A stretch of 56,998 nt of DNA, filler included, from Sphacelaria rigidula (lineage: Eukaryota), in the NCBI GenBank assembly GCA_964200075.2. It is 6 parts of 6 records of this genome, joined end to end, with 100 filler letters (N's around TTAATTAATTAA, not from the genome) between each part and the next. Parts side by side here need not be neighbours in the genome. Positions count along the whole stretch, not along the records: positions 47,583 to 56,998 come from CAXNAA020008554.1; 5 more parts are not named here. The stretch is one strand, 5' to 3'. A program made the translations under genes and the position numbers. The notes beneath the pieces were generated by a model. The model did not search any database and had not been told where the DNA came from. It saw only the letters and a program-made list of their open reading frames with translations. Of this stretch, positions 49,921 to 56,998 are shown piece after piece (positions within the stretch are counted from its first letter, which is position 1; the number at the start of each line of letters is the position of its first letter).

Positions 49921-52615
49921 TCGGGTGGGAGGGGGATCATGTCAGTACCGTCGTCGCCGCCGTCGCGCTATAAGCAGAGCAGCACCACGGGACGCCGCTC
50001 GTCGGGGGGGAGGGGGATCATGCCAGTACCGACGCCGCTGTCGCCGCACCGCAGCAGGAGCAACCATCAACCGCACCGCTGCTTCCGCCGACATGTCACA
50101 CAGTGGAATTCGATCCGCTGCCGTCGCCGCAACCGACCTTTTCGCCGATGCAGCAAACGTCGCCGCGCCCTCCGACTATGCTGACTTAGCCGATGCTGCC
50201 GCCGCCGCGACCGATCTTCCCGCCGATGCAGTAAACACCGCCGCGCCCGCCGACTCCGCCGATTCAGCCGATGCTGCCGCCGCCACGTTCGCCGACTCCG
50301 CTGATGCATCAAACGCCGCAGACATCTTCCCCCGATCGTCTCCGGTTCTTCGGCCCCGGTTCCATCCTCGATATCATCAGCACCTTCCTCGACGGCGTCG
50401 CGCGATACGTCATCCGCCCCTGAACCGCTGGACCCTTCTTTCTCGCCGGTCCCAATGAAAGTGGGGAAGGCGCTGGATCTGGAAACAGACCCCCAGCAGC
50501 CAGGACGTACGCGGTCGGGGTCGACGCAATATAAGACTGACAAGGTCGCACTCCTGCAGCACAGCTGGGGACTCATGCAGCAGTTGGATAAGCGACCTTT
50601 GCTGTCTGCTCTCCTCACGCGCGGCGTAGTTGATGCCGGGCGACAGGGCAAGGATGTTGGAAGAGGGGGCGCGGGGGGGTACCGATGTGACACGCGACGA
50701 GGCTGGCGACGCGTGAAGATATAGATGCCGCTTCGCGCGAGCAGGGCCCGCCGCACATCCCACTGGAACTCCCACAAGGTCCAGCGAAGGACCTTAAGGA
50801 CCCCAACGGATACAAGCAGGCGGTGCGCTCAGAGTACGGTGAACTATGGAGGGACTCGATGGGGCGGGAATGGCGTGGAATTCTGGAGGCGGGGGCGATC
50901 GACTCACCGGAACAGCAACCCGTGGGCAACTATATCCATGCGAAATTGTTATATAACTGAAATGCGGACGAGTTTGGACGGCTCACGAAGATGAAGTCGA
51001 GACTAGTAGCAAGAGGAGACATGCAGAGAAAGAACATAGATTTTGGGGAAATGTATGCCCTCACCGTAGCAGTGTCTAGCTTGCGTTTGTTGGCGACTCT
51101 AGCTTGTGAGCACAACCTTACATTGCGTCATTTTGATATCGAACACCTTTTTGTACAGCCTAAGTTGGATGGTGACGTATTCATGCGGTTGCCGCTTGGT
51201 TGTGAAAGCTCATCTGGTAAGATAGAAAGTCTCAACAAAAGTTTGTACGGATTGAAACAAGCAAGTAGGCCATGACATAATCACTTGGCGGAGTTTTTAT
51301 TTGTTGTAGGATTTGAATTGTGCTTGGCGGATTCATGCGTCTTTGAGTGAGCGTGGCAGGGTGATTATCATCATAGAAGTACATGTAGGTGACATATTCG
51401 CAGTGGGAGATAAGGACAGATGTGACGAGTTTGGTAGAGATCTCAACACGATGGTTCCAGCCAAGAACCTCGGGGATTTGCGTTGGTACTATGGACTGTA
51501 CTATGAGAGAGATATTGCAAGGAGGACACTGAAAAATTCACAACAGACATGCGCAGAATAGTTGGCGAAGGAATACGGTGTAGAGTGGGGAAATAGTATC
51601 CCCATCGCTGTTGGTGCGAAGCTTGAAGAGTTCGGTGTAGAAGAGCAGGCAACGGAATTTCCGTGTCGGGAGTTGATAGGGTCGCTGATGTGGCTGGCAA
51701 CCCGAACGGGGCCAGACATTTCCAACGCAGTACGTGCAGTAGCGAGGTACTGCACCCCACCAAAACACATTCATTGGCGTGCTGCGCTTGGTATTTTGGG
51801 GTATGTTAGACGAACAAGTTTGCTGAGGATTTATTTTCGCAGAGGAAGTATGCAGGGGTTGAGCTTTTATGTGTTTGTAGATGCCGACTACGCAAGTAAG
51901 GCAGCTGATAGGCGGTCGGTATCAGGAGGGCTAGGGATGTGTGGAGGTGGATGTGTGTCTTGGTTTCAAGGACTCAAAAGTGTGTGACGCTGTCCACAAT
52001 GGAAGCAGAATACGTTGTCATGGCAGACATTTTCAAGGAGGTATTGATTTTGGGACAGGTTTGGCGTTTCATGTTGCCGTAGATGAGAACGCTATGCATC
52101 CCTATGTTTGAGGATAAACAAAGAGCTATTCAATTGGCAAATATCCCAATCACGAACTCCAACTTCAAGCTCATCGACGTGCGGCATCATTTCACCAGAA
52201 AGTTGGTGGGAAGGAATGAGGTTTCGGTTATTCACGTGAAATCGGAGTATCAGCATCCAGGATTTCTCACTAAAGTGTTTATTTGCTTTATACTTTCCGC
52301 TTCTTTTTCTTTTTTCTTGTTATAGGTCGGCCATTTCTTTCTGTGCTTTGCTTGTGTTGACTTTTTTATTACTTTCTTTTTGTCAGAGCTATGTCGTTCT
52401 GTTCGACCCCTCTTTTTTTTTCTTCTGTTCCTTCCTTTTTTCTCAGAGCGTGTTTCAGCTTCGTTTTTCTTGGGTACGCCTATCATGAGACCACGGCTGG
52501 ACCCCTGAGGGGTCAGTTAAAGTGCGACAATCAATCAATCAGTAAAACAAACCAAGTGTTGCCGACAGGGTCTTTCGAGTTCCATCGTAATCTTGTCATG
52601 AATATTGTGTTTTCG
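49921..52615 (+). mobile_element. Decayed Ty1/copia (Pro-rich post-integrase linker, RT, RNase H)
   Basis: KSRLVARG..IDFGEMYA..HFDIEHLFVQ..LNKSLYGLKQASR, HVGDI, RELIGSLMWLATRTGPDIS, FVDADYA..DRRSVSG, KLIDVRHHF and SEYQHPGFLTK motifs, with stops and frameshifts. Confidence 0.92.
52280..52553 (+). mobile_element. Short non-LTR retroposon 3' fragment inserted in the copia RNase H end
   Basis: Flanked by direct repeat AAGTGTT (52273-52279 and 52554-52560) and has an (AATC)n tail. Removing it restores FLTKV|LPTGSFEFHRNLVMN. Confidence 0.75.
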
Positions 52616-52840
52616 TGATCCACCTCGGAAAGGAGTGGTACGATACCATGGCTGCAAGTTTTCAATTTTGCAGTGTATATATGTTTTTATTCTGACGGGT
52701 ACGGCTAAATCTGATTTCTGATGTAAATATATATACATTTTTCAATGGTTTAGAGTGTTGGATTTCGAGTGCCACAAAAATTGCAGTAGTGAATATCGAG
52801 AAACTGAACGGGTTTCGACTTCGCGTTTGGTTTATGTATA

Positions 52841-52844
<4 letters not shown>

Positions 52845-52908
<64 letters not shown>
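52845..52908 (+). repeat. (TAA)~21 microsatellite
   Basis: Direct reading. Confidence 0.95.
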
Positions 52909-52909
<1 letters not shown>

Positions 52910-53475
52910 TATTATAATAATGATTACTATTATTATCACTTTGTCGAATGTCTCTAGATTTTGGCATGTTGATTTGTGATGATTTGAATTTTGAGTTTGA
53001 ATTCTTTTTCAGTACTGTGGCCAGATGATACCAAGCCGTAGGTTTCAGTATCATTGTATGCATGATTGGAGCAGTGGCAGTGGACAGGGGATCCTGGATT
53101 GATGGCCCTTTTCTGTGTGGCCCCTTGCAGTCTGGCTCGTGATGTGATCTGTTGAGGATCACTCCGTGATAATAACAAGTTTGAAGAAAGGAATTGTCGA
53201 GCACGAGGCCAGCGATACTGAAGGAGTCCCTCGTTGAAAGTTCTCGTGTCCAGATCGTCTGGCAGAGGCTATAATATCTAGATATTCTTCGGCACTCTGG
53301 TGGAGGAGTTTGGCCGAGGAGAGGGGCCGCAGCTGGAAGCCATTTTGGCCCGCAGTCGGAAGGAGACCAACTTGAAGCCAACTTGAAGCGCACAGTAGTG
53401 GAGGACGCTCCGTGGGCTGGATGACGCACAAGTCAGGCAAGAGTCTCTCCGTGAAGTGTTTGAATACTAGACAAC

Positions 53476-56400
53476 ATGTCTCAAGCGGCGGCAGCGCCGC
53501 TGGTGTTAGGTGAGCTGCTAGACCCGTCAAAGTATGGCGACGTGTGGACCGAGGAAGCATCAAGAGTTTTCTATGCAGCATACCTCGACTACCTAGAGAG
53601 ATTGTAACTTGCAAATGCTCAAGGAGTTGTAAGGCATGCTAGAGTGAGCATAGGTCAACTCATCCCTACGTACATTCATCGGTGCTTCGAAGCCATGTAC
53701 AAGGACCGTCGTGCTATGACCCCCGAGGAATTGCTAGATGCTGTGAAGCAGCATACCGGGTACACCACAATCGGCAGCAAGCATGACACTGCGCGGGCTG
53801 CAGCAGACCTTCGTAGAGCTCCTAGTATGCAACAAAGCGGTGGAACATCCGTCAAGGATAGAGCGATGATGGTCAATTCACCGATGGAAAAGTTTTTCGC
53901 TGAAATTTTCACGGTGAAAGCCATGTATCGCGCCGAGGACAGGAGCTGGTTGCCAGGCCCAGCCGAGTCGGTTTCCACAGCTTTGGTAGTCGGGATTTTG
54001 CCTCCGGAATTCAAGGCGTATGTTAGAAGAGTACTCACGTATGTGGACGGCTAGAAAAATAATTCGACGGCAGTGTTCAACAAAATATTTGATGCCGCCG
54101 ACCAGTGGAAGTTCATTGAGGCGGATGGCCGGCGTGATTGTGCGGAAAGTGCAGGTGGTGCACGCCGCAAACAACAACACCAACAGAAATAGTAGCCGTC
54201 TTGGCGAGCGTTGTCCACTCGCGCGTGTTACAACACCAGCGACAACGGACACCTGATGAAGGACTGCCCCAAGCCTCGCGCTCAAGGCGCTGCTCAGGGC
54301 ATTGCGCGAGATTCATCAGGATCTCGAGGTGGTCGTCACGATGGACGGGGCCGTGCCAACCATGGACGCGGGTGCGGCGGCCGCGGTAGCAAGCAATCGG
54401 CGGCGGATGGTGGCTCCTCTGCTGCTGTTTCTTCCGCTACTTCACCAGGTGGTGACTCTGGATCTTATGGTTCGTCCGTATCGGGGCGGGCAGTGTGCGT
54501 GGGAGGTGGGAATACTTCGGTGGGGAGTGCTAGAGCGAATAGTTCGCAACCCCTCGGCCAGGCAGGATCCGTGCTTAGTGCATTTCCTACTGCTGCGACG
54601 GCTGTAACAGCGCCGTCTGCATACTCGGCGACGTGGTCTAGGTGGACCGCACATTCTCCATTATCTGGAGCGCAGCCCTGGCGTCAGGTGACTCTTGGTA
54701 CCGAGCAGGGTTCTTCAGCAGGCGTGGTACCAGTCAATCGAAAGGCTGAAGGTTTACGCGCAGATCTTTCCTTGCCTAGTTCCGTTGGTTGGTTCATGAC
54801 CCGCGTTTTTCTGGATTCTGGGCCCGCACTCACGTCAATCGATGTGGGGTTGCTGGAACAAGTGTCTTCGCAGTTTGGCCGCGCTCAGCTGCAGATTTCG
54901 TTCGAAAATGGACCGCAAACGGCACAGACCGCCACGGGTGCTCCCGTGACGATTACACACACAACGGTGCTGATTGCTGTTAGCGTGCGTACGCCGTGGG
55001 GGACTGTGGAGTTGCAGCCCATCACGTTCGCTGTCATGCCCGGCAGGGACAACGTGTTCCTGTTTGGAATGGCAACGATGAAGGAGCTCGGGATTGATTT
55101 GTATGGCGTTGGATAAGTTACGCCCGCGTGTTGTGCCGATGCAAACCGACGTGGAAAATCCCAGCTATCTTGCTGCGAGGCGTGTGACCGTATCAATAGA
55201 ATCATTCTAGAGCGCCAATGAGGAGGAGTCTCCTGCGGATGAGGCGGTGGAGCGCTTGGTCGATCGGGGGCCCGACACGTTCATGGACCCAGCGGAGAAG
55301 AGAGGTGCAAGAGAACGTGCGCTAGAGGATAGCGTGCAGCAGGCCGAGCAGAAGGGCATTGTCTGCGTGATATTCTGGCTCGTCGCGTGAATACCTTTCG
55401 TCGTGCGCTGCGTGGTGATCCGCCAGCGCGCGTAGAGCCCATGAGGGTGCAACTAAAGCCACAGGCAAAGGCTGTGAAGGTCAAGCCCCGACGTCATGAT
55501 CCGATGAAGACCGGGTGGCTTGCTTCATGCATCGCACCTTGGTGGCGTTTGGTTAAGGGGTTCGGAGCATTCAGACTGTGTGGGCGAGTCCGGTAATCGC
55601 GGTGCCGAAGAGGGACACATTCCGTTTGGCCAGCGACTATCAGGCGGTGAACATGCAAGTGGCACAGTCTCCGGGGGTGATGCCAACGCAAGAAGACATG
55701 CGGGAGTTGCTGGGAGCCCAATGCTTCGGCAAGTTGGGCCTGCTATAGGGGTATTGGCAGCTGCCTCTGGTGCCGGAGGCTCAGGAGATCTCCACGACCG
55801 TCACGCCTGACGGTTTGTTTACGCCTACTCGTGTACCGCAGGGCGTGTTGAACGCCACGGCGTATTTCTAAGGTGTGCTGACTGACATTTCGCGTGGTCT
55901 AAACTGTAAAGTGTGGGTGGATGACGTCTTCTATTTTGCTGAAACCAAAGAAGCATTGTCATCTTGCTCGACGAAGTTCTTGGCCGCCTGGAGAGTGGTG
56001 GTCTCGTCGTCGCTGCGCATAAGTGCACTTTTTTTGTCCGCGAAGTGGTTTGGTGTGGTAAGGTGTACTCCAAGGGTACTGGTTTCGCATGATCCCGTCC
56101 GCATCCAAGGTTTGAGCAATATGCGACGTCCTCAAACCGCTAGTGAGCTGATGTACTTTCTGCAGGCGGTGCATTGGTTGCAGACTTCGCCCCCGCGCAT
56201 GGCGGAAGTAGTTACACCGCTTCGTGTGTGTTTTGGAACAGCTGATGGTGGGGGCTTCGCGTCGGATCAAGCGGGTGGCGCGTAATCGTATCATCCCGGA
56301 GGACACTTGGACGGAGGATCGTGTGAGGGCATGGCGTGCTGCTCAAGATTTGGTGGCGCAAGCGGTGCCGCTGTATCATCTACGTCCAGAGTACGTTGTC

Positions 56401-56615
56401 CTGATGTTTCCCGATGCTTCGGATTTTCACTGGGGTAGTTTTTTTACGCAATTACCTGTCGCTGAGTTTAGTAGTGGCATTGCGCTCGAAAACATGTCAC
56501 ACAAATCGTTGGCTTTTCTGAGTCTGAGTGGTAGCTTCAAGGGTTCACAGTCGCCGTGGGCGACAGTGGACAAAGAAGGTTTCGCGATAGTCAATGCATT
56601 TCGAAGGCTAGAGAG
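53476..56615 (+). mobile_element. Decayed Ty3/gypsy retrotransposon (gag, Zn knuckle, protease, RT, RNase H; integrase missing)
   Basis: gag from ATG 53476; degenerate knuckle CYNTSDNGHLMKDC; protease FLDSG; RT FRLASDY, GYWQLPL..TPDGLFTPTRVPQG..WVDD; RNase H FPDASDFHWG..DKEGFAIV. Many stops and frameshifts. Confidence 0.92.
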
Positions 56616-56998
56616 CAACGCTACAGGAGGGGTGCACAAATATTTTCTGAGATCAGAATTGTTGGGAGCTCTTTATCTCATCCAAAACACGGCTTATGAA
56701 ATATGTGAGAGTACAGCAGGATTGCTTTCCCAATGTGCTAGGGATATCCTGAATACATGCGCAAACGGGGATGCCCTGACCCATAATCTTGTGCATCTAG
56801 AATCTTTTGAAGCCCCTGAACCAGACAGGATTTCGCGCACAAAGTGCACCCCTACCGTAGCATTGCTCTAGAATACTTGCTTTGGGCTGAGTCATCCTAC
56901 GATAGGGGGGGGGGGTATTTTGGGCCATTTGTTGCCGGAAATTTCGCGGAAGATCGTCGTTGAAAACAGCAATGGTTGTTCAAGAAAGTTTGGTGTGA

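Noticed and set aside
49892..50777. Arg-rich or Ala-rich ORFs in alternative frames
   Set aside because: Shadow frames of the GC-rich Pro-repeat copia linker.
52662..53429. 255-aa minus ORF with poly-Leu
   Set aside because: Produced by the (TAA)n microsatellite and TE flank; not a credible protein.

Overview
Eukaryotic genomic DNA rich in introns and transposable elements, most likely a brown alga or other stramenopile (inferred from gene content, GT-AG introns and repeat types). The window is not one contiguous locus. It is six ~9.4-kb fragments joined every 9516 bp by an artificial 100-bp spacer (N44-TTAATTAATTAA-N44). Fragment 1: decayed intronless ankyrin-repeat gene and an RTE-like LINE interrupted by a solo LTR and by a block with two MITE copies. 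Fragment 2: spliced TsaE/YjeE gene, tail-to-tail with an uncharacterised multi-exon gene carrying ATP-grasp-like motifs. Fragment 3: five exons of an unknown gene with SINEs and tandem repeats in its introns. Fragment 4: nine exons of a CEP164-like WW/coiled-coil gene with an intronic LINE relic. Fragment 5: minisatellites, a MITE and unassigned decayed sequence. Fragment 6: nested decayed Ty1/copia and Ty3/gypsy elements plus a 110-bp palindrome. I found no convincing new multi-gene system. The best leads are the ATP-grasp-like protein, the odd TsaE Walker-A exon, a possible antisense coding overlap between those two genes, and the structured repeats.
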